A DNA stretch of 64,000 bases from Basidiobolus meristosporus CBS 931.73 (Eukaryota; Fungi; Basidiobolomycota), in assembly GCA_002104905.1 (NCBI GenBank), contig MCFE01000133.1:1-64000 (forward strand). Reading direction: 5' to 3'. Every line of letters begins with the position of its first letter. Positions within the stretch are counted from its first letter, which is position 1. The notes beneath the pieces were generated by a model that had not been told where the DNA came from, ran no database searches, and saw only the letters and a list, made by a program, of their open reading frames with translations. Made by a program: the position numbers and the translations under genes. Positions 24,807-36,820 of the stretch are shown here, one piece after another.

Positions 24807-26462
24807 TCAGGCGTAGTGCCTGCCGAGTGAGTCATGACCCAGTAAGCTATGGTGCTCGCTTTTGCTGACCGGCACCGGGGTTTGGTCAAGGATATCCTCT
24901 TCTACTGATTTGCCGTTCGACCGTAGGTACGACACTAGATTCAGACCTAAGCCACCGACGAATCCGATAAGCGCTAGGAACATAAAGAACATTTCCATTG
25001 CCGTGTAACTTCCGGTGGCTAGGTGGATTCTGCTCACAATGAGCGGAACGCCTGAGATGGACAGATTGAAGAAGATGCCGGCTATGCCTAGCGCAGTGCC
25101 TAATTGCTTCTCTTTGACAACACACGGGATGCAGGGCCAAACGGCCGAGGCAAATAACGAATAGGCTACTCCTAGAACAGAGTATCCCAGGATAGGGGTG
25201 ATCATTGTGAGTCCCAACAAGGCGTGAGAGATCACGATTAAGGCGGAGCTGATGGTCATGATTGGGCCATGATAGCCGATCCGATCAACAAGCAAACCAC
25301 AAAGTGGCGAGCCAATTGAAGAGATGAGGTTGGGTATCGACATCACTAGAGATTCGGGTGAGTATCAAGCATGCCTGCGAGACATGTATTCTTACCTTCA
25401 CCAGCCTTTTGGGAATCTCCTGACATCCATTTGTTCTGCAAAAAGTCCGATGAAATATACAGGAATGGTTGAACGGAGCCTATAGATGAAGCTGATTAAG
25501 CATGGATCTCGTCATAAAATGCTTATAAAATACGCTCTAACCATAAAGAGAAATAACCAGTAAGCATATCAGCCAGAAGGAGAGCCTGAGCTTGAGAATC
25601 TCTTTGATGGAAACTTCATCGCCGTCGTCTCCAACGGCCTCTGGCTGTACACCGGCCTTCATTCTAGCCTGAGGAGTGTCCAAGCGAATTAGGAAGAAGG
25701 CGCACATGGCGGAAAATAGGCACACCAAGAACCCAATCCAGCTCACTGTGGTCACGTTCGTGAGTTTACAAATCCAAGGAGAAAGTAGCGCGTCCGCAGC
25801 GGAGCCCCACCGTCCAACCGTCAAATTCAAAGCCAGGGCGAAGGCGAGGAGAGAGCCGCGGAACCAATCGGTCGTCACCTTCCCTTGGACAATCTCCAGG
25901 CTACCACAGCCGATGCCAAAAAGACATCGGCCCACACACATCAGCCAAAACAAGCGGAAGGTAACCCCGATGGAGAAGATCGCTTGGCCGGCACACATAA
26001 GAATAGAGAATAGGACCAAGGCAAATGGGGCCCCCCATTTGTCAAGCAGTATTCCGCCGAAAAATGGGAAAATGACGTTGGGCAAGGACGTGACCATGAA
26101 CAACAGGCTTACTTTGTATTGCCAGTCTTCAGAAGCAACCTCGAGGTGAGTTCGTAATTGCGAACTCAGAACCTAAACAACCATGGAGGAAGGTAAGCCT
26201 TGGAGGAACAGTTCTGCAGAACAAGCCTATACTGAGCTGAAGTTACCCCAGGAATCTCGTAGCTGAAGAAGAAGCTAATGAATATTCAGCTCACAACACC
26301 AGGAGAACAAAAAGCTTACCAGAAATATTGACCGAGCATAAAGGCGCAGGCCAAGGATAAAACGGCCCAACTATACCAGGAATGGGCGGGATTCTGTGGC
26401 AAGTGTGATTTTAAGGCATGTTGGGGAGAAGCCTCGCTTGTAGAACAGTCGTTCGCGACCAT
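24807..26462 (-). CDS. MFS transporter, MFSD1-like (multi-exon)
   Basis: ATG at 26462; WAVLSLAC..GQYFCYEIPG, SLPNVIFPFFGGILLDKWG, GRCLFGIG, PLCGLLVDRIG; multiple TM helices. Confidence 0.88.
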
Positions 26463-27402
26463 TGGGTTGAAAGTAGCAGGTCAATGGGATAGCACTCTCT
26501 GTTGAAAGTAGCAGGCAAAAGGATTGTTTCCCCCAAATAAATATAAGAAAACTGAGAAAAAATCGCACATGTTAGGCCGATCAAAATGGAGACTTGTGCG
26601 CTATTCCCAAGAGTATATATGTTATATGTGTTTGACTTTTTAACTCATCTACCGGTTGCACTTGGACACAGCACTAAATATGGCCGTGTTCAGGCTAGAT
26701 ATCAAGGTCACGTTCATCTGAAAGATGTGAATTTCCTTATTCAGACATTGCGTAGTGGATGTGTATATATGTCTTGATGCCCCCTTCTGACGAGATTCTA
26801 GAGCAACACAAGGTGGGGATGGCGTTCGTAAGGGTCGATATTGTCGGGATAGCCGTGGTTAGGGTCGGCATTACTGAGACGTCGCTGGAATGGCTTTTGA
26901 TGGATGAAGATGGTTAATCGGTATACTCCAAATCTCCAGATCTTTAGGTTGGAGAAGCCAGAATATTGGTCATATTGTTGGAATGGAAGACCCATCCCAG
27001 TAACCACGGCCAATCAAGGTGGAAATGGAGAACCCAAGCTTCGCTGATTTCTATTTAAAGGTCAAGTTGCGATATTCCATTTCGACAGGCGTGTGGGAGA
27101 TTAAATTATCCACAGACGAATGAAAGCCTCCGTCACGTGACGGGAAGGGGAATTTATGTTGTCTACAGGCTCAGGATTTCTTAATTCATCCCATTACCCG
27201 AGCCGTTCATTGCTTACACTGTCAAGATTGTTGCCTACAGGTTCTTGATTTCCATAATTGGCTAGATAAGTTGATAATATATGATCTACTTGGCCGTTAA
27301 GAAACTCTTGGCCTTCCGGGTCTGAGGTGGCAATCTATTCTTCATCAGTTCCTCTCTCCGAAAACCTCACCTCTCCTACTCGCGAGGTGTTCTCAATCCA
27401 AC

Positions 27403-28170
27403 ATGACGAAATTCACTTATTGTCGAAGACACCTTGGTGTCTCCACCGTCCGCCCGATCTTCCTCATATCGGTTTTTTTTGAGTTGGTATGTGACTTTGG
27501 CTCACGACGACGGCCTACACCACGAACTAATCACTTTCACCTCAGGTGACGTACTTGTTTCTACTATGCTTCGACCTGGCGCAACTCCGCTCCCGGGTTC
27601 TACTGACCCCACTAATTGCCAATGCTGTGTTTATCCTGCTGGGAAGTGTCGCCGTTTTCGGTACTTTACGATACGTCAAGAGGCTCTTGCTGCTGGTAAG
27701 TTGGGTTTGAGCCCCGTGTAGTCTCTAGACAATGGTATTGACGTTTTCAGTATTCGATATGGTGCTTGTTACACATCATGTGGATTGTACTATGCATCCT
27801 CACCAGCCTACATCTGATACGAATCCATCGCACATACGCAGGCCCCGACTATCCCACCAACAGCAACAACGTAACCTCTGAAGTGCTCTCAGATATAGCG
27901 CAGTGGTTTTTATCATCGCCCATCCCTTACGGGTATTCCATGGGCTGGCAGATAAGCCATTCGTTGAAGGTTGAAGCCCACACAGTTGTCGTGGCCATGC
28001 TGGCGTGGCAGTTTGTGATCGTTGTAAGTAGGAATTCAGCAGATTGATGAGGCGCGTTCTTGACATTAACCGCACTCTAGGCAACATCCGGCGTCTTCGC
28101 CCTATTAGTTAGAAGAGCCTACCTGGCGGAGCAGCGCAATTGGGATGGCCTGGATAATTGGGCCATCTGA
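27403..28170 (+). CDS. 198-aa four-TM protein resembling the NKAIN family
   Basis: Exons 27403-27486, 27546-27695, 27751-28023, 28081-28170, all GT-AG and in frame. Sequence RPIFLISVFFELVTYLFLLCFD...PLIANAVFILLGSVAVFGTLRY...YSIW...W. The gene model is solid; the family call is by eye. Confidence 0.7.
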
Positions 28171-28515
28171 CATCTCTTTCGTTCGACTGTACATTTTTCA
28201 TCGCTCTCATAGACCGCAACCTGCATAGCATGTACATATGTTTTTTCTATTCCCAAATAAATTCCCATTCATCGTTGACGGAGAAACCAAAGAACATTCA
28301 GAAAGATGTGATGTCATCCGTCAGGTCCCAGTACCTCACCAAAATGGTTTAGTCTCCCGAGGCCGCGTCGCTATTTGGAGGGGGCGCCGGAGAAACGGTT
28401 GGAGTCAGGAGCCTACGAATGTTTCCTTACTTTGTCATTTGATTCTGGAATGGTTTGGTAATTGGCTAAAATCACTCCCGATTTCATCAGGTTGAACATT
28501 TCCTTTATTATAACC

Positions 28516-30158
28516 TTAACGGTACAGCGAATCCAAATTGTACTTGGGCTTGTAGTCTTCCTCAGGTACATACAAGTCCCCGGAGTCATCGATCTCTACA
28601 GGCTTGGGTGGCATTGGCTCTGGCTTGGGAGGCTCTGGCTTCGGTTTGGGGGGCTCTGGCTTCGGCTTGGGGGGCTCCGGCTTCCTGCCATATAGTTTGT
28701 CTAGAACCTTGCCCGCGTTGCCCAGACAGACTGGAGAAGTGTACTCAGGAATAGCGTTGATCTTGTCGATGTACTCGGCCAGCCGGGATTCTTGAGCACG
28801 TACATAGGTCAGGTTCAAGTGATTGAGCGATACGTAATCATAGGCCAAGCCCTTAGGAATTCGAAGCTTCACGAGGTCTTCACGATCATTAGTATCCGGT
28901 ACCTTGTACTTCTTGGCGTAGTCCACAGGTTCGATCAATTCAGCAGGTGGTGGCCCCACTATCTTACGGTGAGGCTTTCTCCTGTAATAAGAAGTCAGGC
29001 GGATCTTCGTTCGGCTCTTATACGACACGTCGACCTTGTCGTTCTCGCTCTTTATCGAGCCTACACGGGCATCTCTCTCGGTTGTGGTAAGCACCTCGGC
29101 CGTTTGGTTTAGCAACTTGAAGTCCTTGAAGATGTTAACTCCATCTCTTGACTCTGAATAGCCACGCTTGCTTAGCTTTCCGTTTGTACCAAACGCTTTG
29201 CCACCACTAGTGTTGGTGATCGGAATGGGTGCCTTGATTTGAGAAGTGGGAGTCTGGGCGTATTCATAGCACAGTGGGAAAGCCCTGGTGTTAAACACAC
29301 TCTGAGCGGTTGTGTTGAACGGGATGAAGCGGTCAGTTGGCTTAGCAGGAAGGTCATCATAGCCATGAACACCGTTGTACTTGTTGACGAACTCCGGGCC
29401 ACGAAGCTGCCAATCATAGTACACCTTGTCGACAAAGCCGTGATGCAGCCAGAAGATAGGGCTACACGGTACACAACGTTTAGTTGGGATCAAAATGGCA
29501 TCGCTGCAGAGACTACTTACTCATTAGGACTGATCATCTTCTTCATATCTCCACTGATGCCATTGTGAACCTGACCATGTGGCCCAGACTCGAATGACTG
29601 CCGGAAATCATCGAAATCGTCGTTCGTGTCTTGAATGGCATTGATTACCTCCGCCGAGTAAAACGATCCGATCTTGTTGCCTTCATCGAAGCTCCGCTGC
29701 AGGCAGTGTCTATTTGGATAGCTGAGGGTCCATCTGGCGAACGCCCCGTCCACTACACACTTCGAACGACCTTGGCCATTACCTCCATACCACTTGAAGA
29801 TAATGCTTGTCTCCGGAGATTGCGATTCGATGGTCCAATCCCAATACGGGATGTTGATGCTTGGATCAATCTCCCTCAACGCGTTCTCGAAGTTCAGTAG
29901 AAACTGTCGGTGCCACGGGAAGAAATCGGGGGTTCCGTGGGCGTAGACTTCATAAGTGGAGTGGATATACGCGAACTGCTCATACTTGTTTCGTTTCTTC
30001 AACTCGTTGATCGCCCGTAGGTACGCGTTCCTCTCGTTATCAGTCATCTGCCGGATCTCTTTACGTACACGGATTCGGGAGCATTTTCCGGCTTGCCCGT
30101 GGACTCCTTCAAGCAGTCCTAGCGCGAGTAGGGTGATGCACGCAAAGAATACCTTCAT
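28516..30158 (-). CDS. Secreted tyrosinase (type-3 copper) with Pro-rich C-terminal tail
   Basis: Exons 30158-29521 and 29461-28516; signal peptide; CuA AHGTPDFFPWHR, CuB HGQVH...SPNDPIFWLHHGFVD, YEY motif. Confidence 0.93.
28610..28685 (-). repeat. 21-nt coding tandem repeat (KPEPPKP) in the tyrosinase tail
   Basis: ggctctggcttcgg(t/c)ttggg(g/a) repeated 3-4 times; protein KPEPPKPKPEPPKPKPEPPKPEPMPPKP. Confidence 0.9.
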
Positions 30159-30278
30159 TTCTGCCGGGATTGACTTGAAACTACCGGAGTCCAAGGCCGT
30201 CGAATGGTCAGAGTTGGATCTAGCCGGCCGGGTTTAATTTATATGGCCCGTTTCGATCTCATGAAACACCCAATCTAA

Positions 30279-30340
30279 AACGTGGTTTGGCTTCGTATTC
30301 TATAGAGGGAACGTGGTTTGGCTTCGTATTCTATAGAGGG
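30279..30340 (+). repeat. Perfect 31-nt tandem duplication in the tyrosinase promoter
   Basis: aacgtggtttggcttcgtattctatagaggg x2, just upstream of a minus-strand TATAAA at ~30238-30243. Confidence 0.92.
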
Positions 30341-30447
30341 AATTTCGCTCCAGTGCTTTATTTTTATTACAAACAATGATTATTACGCGCTAGCTCGACC
30401 TGTCTATTGGCTTGTTGTTTGTATCTCAGTATGCACATCTTGGCACT

Positions 30448-32051
30448 TCAAGCGTATAAATCCATCAGAAACCTAGGAAACCACTTGTATGTCAAACAAC
30501 CATCGATTTGTTGTGCCCCTAGAAACACTTACTTCTTGTAGATGCTCATGAATTTCGCCACAAATGCCTCCAAATGGAAAATCGGCTTTTGGCCGCAGCA
30601 GACACGATGCTCCTACAAATGTCAGTGGCATGAGCAAGCCTGCATGCAAACAAACGATGTCAACAGATCCTACATAGAAAGCAGCCTGGTGAGTGATTTC
30701 TGCTTTTAGCTCACGATCAACGTTGTGAATCAGTTCAAGGGCCAAGGTCTGTATTGGTTCCGTTAGTACTTGACGTGTGCATGCCACTGGGATCAGCCTG
30801 CACTTGCCTTGATAATGATGGTGGGTGGGATGCAGTGTGTGATGAGTTCGTACAGCTTGCCTCGAACTTGCAGTAGCCTAGACTGTTGCTTAGAAAGCTG
30901 CCACGTTTACCGACATTCCCACAGGCACCCTTACCTTGCTGGCGATTGCTCTTTGATGATCATTTGAGCCACCTCCTTGATAAACATTTCCCAATCGGTT
31001 AGTGCGATCTCTTGCCCTTCTACAAACGGCTGACTATGTTTGGAGCTTGGGTTAGAGAGATCCCTCGCGGTGTTGAGAACATGCCTCCCACCTTTGAACG
31101 CGTGCCGCTTCGAGCATCAGCATCGCACGGCGAAGGTTGCGATCGGACTTCTCTCCTATTCTCAATGCTAGCTCCTCGGGCAATTGGAACCCTTCTTTTT
31201 TGGCCACCTCTTCCAGCGCATCCTTAATCTTGAAACCATCCGGTTAGAGAGTCGATTTGCATCCAATAGGCTGGAGTTGTGTACCTCATGGACGGAGGGA
31301 GCGGCTACTCTGACAAGTAGACAACGACTACGAATGGGGGAGATGATCTTGCTTGTAGTGTTACAACATAAGATAATTCTAAGGTTCGACATGTATTTCT
31401 CCATAGTTCGACGCAATGCGTGCTGCGCATCTTTGCTCAGCGAATCAGCCTCGTTGATAACCACCACCTTGAAACGACGTGCTGCATTAGCATCGATCTG
31501 TTGTGTTTGAGCGATCTCCTTGATCAAATCCTGGATAACAACTCTATCATATATCCCCACATCGCTAAAGTCGTTCGAAGTCAAATGTTACATGCTGTTT
31601 CGCGCTCGTTGCACTCAGAGGGGGTTTACTGACCTAGGGTTCATCTCTAGATGGAAATTACTCGAGACGATGTTGATCTCAAGCTTTCGGCCCGACGGGG
31701 TCTGGAACGTCCTTTGATCCACTTTGAGCTACGGGATTCGATTGAGTTCAATGTACCTTCCAAGCTACTCTATGCTATTACAAACGGTACCTTCTCCACT
31801 GCTGGCCCGTAGAGTTCTCTTAGGACAGATATGATTCGAGTTTTTTTGCCGGCTCCCGAAGGGCCGTATACCAATAAGTGAGGGAAATCGCCAGAAGAGG
31901 CCTATACAGGGGGCAAAATGCATCAGGGTCTTTCTTTGAGCGAGACATTGTGAACAGCACCCACCAAGCTCTTCAGTTGCTCCGAAAGCTGTACATGATA
32001 AGTAAGCTTGTCCAACGAGGTTGGACGATATTTGTCAACCCAAAGACTCAT
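30448..32051 (-). CDS. RFC5: Replication factor C small subunit (yeast Rfc5 / human RFC3), multi-exon
   Basis: [60 protein letters not shown]. Confidence 0.95.
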
Positions 32052-32557
32052 TTGCTTGTCAAGGAAAGAAACCACGGGGGAGGGGGACTTGCTGTGCTGT
32101 ACAGATGTATTGGTCGATCAATAAATTCACCAAAACAATGGATGTTCGTGAGGCCGGTAGTTCCTAGCGGATGGCTTCATCAAGTGCGTGCGTACGCTGT
32201 CGAGTCGCTGAGGTCAGCCATGGATTTTCTATGTAAACAATGATCTTCGAGGCTGATTGGCCGAAAAGACAGGCAATTTTTCATTTGCGTCGGGTCAGCA
32301 GGTTGAGGGTTCGATAAAGCAAAACACAATCACTGCAATGGCAATGGCATTCAAACCTTCATTAATGGGAGGATGAGGAGGGTTGATAAATTAATGATTA
32401 GTGTTAGAATCCATGCAGCCTCCGAGTGAATGCGGATTGTTCTCCAATCCCAGCCATTCCATGCAGTGTGGATTGGAGAGTAGAATGAAAAAGGGGCGAG
32501 CAGCCAAGATTATAAATACCTCCTGCACCCATGCTGTAGACCGACCATCCTCTCAAC

Positions 32558-33068
32558 ATGTGGTGGGCGTTGATTTGTCTTTGGTGTACCTTCGTGAGCT
32601 CCAAGGTGGTGTTTCAAGACGTTCAGCCAAACTTGATCTGGGCGTCCCATTCCCTAGGTAGGTCCCACGGACTTCGTCGACCGACCATCGCTAACGCCAG
32701 TTCCACCAAAGGGTTTTGCGGTGGCCCTTCCAAAACGAAATGGTATTCCCGACGCGTACTCCCCCTCTGGGCTCCACTGACCACTTCTCCCCCTTAGTTC
32801 GCAAGGCACGGAGTGTATCAGAAGAATCGGATACGATCCAAATGGATACGGGTTGTGTCGCGAGTCTGGCGATGTAAGTGGGCTCGGCTGTTAAATAGAG
32901 AGGCTGCGTCACTAATCTTCTGAACAGCTCGGCACATCATGCGGTGGGATTCGAATCAACCCAAAAACCCTACGTGTATACCGTGGATCAACCAATTGCA
33001 AGCTTGGACTGACCTGTAAGCAGAGTCGCCGCTTCCCAAACTCCCCAGGCAAATGCCTTCCAATCTAA
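32558..33068 (+). CDS. Small secreted 8-cysteine protein with two CGG-x-C-x5-C-x-C modules
   Basis: TATAAA at ~32511; signal peptide MWWALICLWCTFVSS. Introns 32743-32797 and 32874-32927 give FCGGPSKTKCSQGTECIRRIGYDPNGYGLC...SCGG...NCKLGLTCKQSRRFPNSPGKCLPI*. A possible first short intron (~32660-32700) is ambiguous. Confidence 0.75.
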
Positions 33069-33223
33069 GCCTCCCTGAACCCTCTCAGTCAATCTGAGCC
33101 TCCCTGAGCCCTCCCAGTAACTCTGTAAATATCTACTAGTTTTGGTCAAATCCTCCCATTAATCTTTCAGTAAACTGTTGAGTCTGTTTATTTACAATGA
33201 AAAATGCTATGGAGATTACTGGA

Positions 33224-34298
33224 CTAAGCCGTGATCGAGTGTTGATGCGCTGGCGGGGTTGGTGGAAAGATCTCGGGCTCAGTCGGTGGTAGAAGTTCAG
33301 TGTAGGTGGGAGGTGGTGGCAACGTACTGTATTCCGGTAGCTGGTCGGCTATACCCTCTACCTGTGGCACAATGACGATCGGTAAATCTATTTGATGGTT
33401 GACCAATTGCCCATGCCAGTCAATATCTATTCGGATATGGAGGCGGTGGTAGACTTCGATCCGCGGATTTCGACTATCAAATGTCTCGACCGAGGATGGA
33501 ATCTTTACGTTGACAGTTCTCTTTCCCTCCCCCGTAGGATCCTCCTGGCACCATGCAAACGTCGCATCGAGGGATTTCTCGTGGTCACGAACTATCTCGT
33601 CGGGGTCCTTGGGAGAGGTATATCTAACGTGCTCTTTGAGAATGCAGGCCACCAGCAACACTCGGACCGATTCTTTGAGGACGCGATATTGAAAGTTCAA
33701 AGGAAACTCGTCACCGGGAGACACTTCGAAGCTGGGGATGCTAAGGTAGTATGACACGGCCTGCTTCCAGACATCTGCTGTCTCCGTTATATACCGCTCG
33801 TCAACAAAGGCGGGAGTGTGGCGTCGTATGTAAAGATTCCTCTCGGCCTTTAGATTGCCAGATAGAAAAGAGGTCTCAACATGCGCCTTGAATTTGTACT
33901 CTATTGAGCCATAGTCTGCCTTGATGGATTCAGGTAGATTCCCTGGCAGGACTAGAGTGAAGTCCCGACTGACTTGCTTCCCAGCTTCAAAGAGCTCTCC
34001 CCGCTCACTGCTGAAGAACATCCACACACGCTGGAAGAACGTCTCTTCGCTTCGATAGAAATCTGTGATTTGGTCGGAGCAGTTAGAAAATGGCCATGGA
34101 CCATGGTGAAGCAAACGAACCTGTGGCGGTCGAGGCTACGTGTCTTCCCTCGAACTTGAGATGTATCTTCTTCACCTTGACGTTGGAAGCAGGGGTGAAT
34201 ATTAAGGAGCCTTGGACAGTAGAGCCTCCGGGGTCGACGAAGCCTTTGTAAAGTACGGATGTCGGCAGGACAATATCGAAATGGGATTTCCTGGTCAT
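33224..34298 (-). CDS. Alpha-arrestin family protein
   Basis: Two exons (intron gttcgt...ctaac...cacag, ~34049-34106). Arrestin-N motifs VQGSL...KIHLKFEG and LPGNLPES..ADYGSIEYKFKA; arrestin-C domain; PY motifs LPEY and PPTY. Confidence 0.88.
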
Positions 34299-34824
34299 TA
34301 GAATATTCAGCTGTGTGGCCAACTCCACAACGGGATTTATATAGCAGTCTCCATAGACTACTTATTAGCATTGGCCTGATATATATTCCGAAACCTCAGC
34401 TCCGTCTAAATCTGGATCGGAACAGATGCCTGATCAAGTGACATTGCTAGTGACTTTGCCATATCCGAATCATTCCATGAGCACACAACTCCAGGAAGTA
34501 TAGTCCGAAAAGTATGACGAAATCAAAAAACATCGCGAATCTCGATCGAGGCGAAAAACAGCGTGTTTCGACTTCGTTACCCTACCTCGCTTGGGTAGCA
34601 AATCAGACCATCACAATAATAGAGTTGGCCAATCACCACGGATCGGACAAGGTTCAGACAACTGTATCGACCATCGAATTGGGAATGCTGACTTCTCTGG
34701 TGCTGAGCCAATGGTGTTGGGTTGACTATCTTTCACACTTCCGTATAAAAGAATTGTTGTTCCCTCCATTTTTTCCAATTCTTCTGATCATTGATATTTC
34801 CTCAAATTTCGCACTCTTTTCAGT

Positions 34825-35307
34825 ATGGCGGCCAAAACCAAATCGACCAAGTCCTCTACGAAGAGCAGGAGTAGAGGCAAAGATAAGGACAAGGAGGAGA
34901 AGAAGCTCGTGTCACCCAGAAAGAACGAGTCCGGCCTGGAGGCCGAAGCACAACCCAAAGTAAGACCTGGCTTTCGTGTACGTAGCCACTGTTCGATTTT
35001 AACCACTTGCGCTTTTGTAGTTGGATTTTGAAGGATTCAACATGAACATCCTCAGGAAATATAGACGCGTGTTTAAAGTGAATGTCAAGTCCAGATCCAA
35101 CCGAGCTGAGCTGGTGGCCGCTGTTTCTAAGCACTTTGCTAGTCAAACCCTCAACGAACACGAAGCCATCTCCCTCTTCCTGTACAGCGTTCACAACCGA
35201 GGTAAGTACGCCGTGCGGTCCTTTTAACGGCACTTCCGACTGATTCCAGATCTGCAGATAAAATTCTGAAGCTGCCGCCCAGTGCCGTTTCTACAGAGCA
35301 GTGTTAG
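34825..35307 (+). CDS. SAP30-like Sin3-binding protein (3 exons)
   Basis: Basic N-terminus and the Sin3-binding pattern LRKYRRVF...ELVAAVSKHF...EHEAISLFLYSV. Confidence 0.8.
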
Positions 35308-35809
35308 ACTAGGTAGTTCCCGTACCGGTGCAAAGACTTCCAAGTGCAATACTGGATATGCCCAAGAAGTTGCCATTTATACTGTATATAAGGTCATAGA
35401 GAGGCTGGCTGATGGATAGCCATATATTAGTATCTTGACCTAATCTATTCCTAGCTTTCAATAGTATGCTTTTTTCGTTTTCCTAATACATCCGATGAAT
35501 GGATGAGTGCGGGCCCGAAGCTCGCCCATATGGAACAACTCCATCACTTGGAGGGTAATCAATAAAGGAAGCCGTGTATTTTGAAGCAGTGTGCTGTGTG
35601 ATACTCCAGTGATCGAAGCGCTTTGTTTGCCTGGATTGAGTAACCTAATGATACTTTGGCTTATTTCCTAAATAATCCAATTCACTTTCCCATATAATGG
35701 CCAGTTGAGCCAATTTCCAACGGCAATTGAACGATTATCTGATGAATAATGAATGTTTGATCGTCATTATGTGGGAATGGAAAGCACATCGACAATGCTA
35801 ATTATGTAT

Positions 35810-35860
35810 GTGCGAGGTAGGCGCGAGGTAGGTGCGAGGTAGGTGCGAGGTAGGTGCGAG
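35810..35860 (+). repeat. 11-nt minisatellite (GTGCGAGGTAG) x~4.6 directly upstream of a TATA box
   Basis: Tandem copies visible; TATATAAA at ~35866; ATG at 35904. Confidence 0.92.
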
Positions 35861-35903
35861 CCTTGTATATAAACCGGTTGTACCGGCACAGCACCTATAG
35901 ACC

Positions 35904-36804
35904 ATGGCCAGATTATCCAGTTCCGAACATTCCAGTGTCCCGAGACCCAGGAGTCTACCCACCCTCCGTCTACCTGCCAAGATACGCGCAGCAAAGGAAG
36001 CCCATTCGACCGTTTGTACCATGTGCCACCAAGAGCTTGCTGGATCTACCACCACGAAATCACCCACCAAAGTTCAATTTCGTAAGAAGTTGAGCCAACT
36101 GAAACCAGATCTTGCGCGGAAGTTAGATACCCTGCTTGGTCACCACGCTGATGAACCACCCAATGCATCCCGCGGAGGTTTCCTATCAGGCCGCAATTCC
36201 GCTAAGCCGTCCAGGATCCGGGAAATCTCCGACAAGGTCCAGGCGAAGGTCCTGCGCAAAAAGCTGTCGAAGCACACGATCTCTGCTCCGATCCTAGTGA
36301 CTGCAAGCTCCACCATAGGCACAATACCAATTGAAAGTCCAGCCAGTGAGCTGGCGGCCTCCCAGCGACCGTTAGCCTCGGGAGCAAAAAAGGTCGCCCA
36401 ACTTCTGTCCATCGCTCCCAAAAAGCCATCCCCAGACTTACACAAGAGTGCATCCTTGTCCAGGATGACCTGCGAGCTGAAGAGTACCAAAGACAACGTA
36501 CGGGCACTGGGGATATCTTCCTTCAACGAGTTCTACAAGCCCCGCCACATAGTGAATACCCCATTCAGCACTGCCTATGAAATGGCCCAGGAAAGCTTGT
36601 CCTCCTTCTCTTCTGGCGAGCTCACCGACTGCTCGGATGCCTCCCCTGCCATGTGCCACTGTGAATTACAGAGTAAGTTGGTAGAGAGCTCAAGGTTTCA
36701 TATCAGTGTACTGATAATTCCGTTTCTTTCATGCAGATGACATATACGATCTCTATAAATATAAAGAGGACCAAGAGATCACTGACGAAATCGCCTCACA
36801 TTGA
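35904..36804 (+). CDS. Hypothetical Ser/Pro/Lys-rich, probably disordered protein (2 exons)
   Basis: Long ORF from 35904 with a GTAAGT donor near 36673 and acceptor atgcag near 36736; ends DIYDLYKY...IASH*. No recognised domain. Confidence 0.65.
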
Positions 36805-36820
36805 TCCACCAGAGCATGTT

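Noticed and set aside
35202-35258. TCCTTTTAAC in SAP30 intron 2 resembling a U12 branch point
   Set aside because: The donor is canonical GTAAGT, so this is a U2-type intron.
35810-35860. Short tandem repeats as a CRISPR-like array
   Set aside because: There are no spacers and the locus is eukaryotic; these are simple minisatellites.
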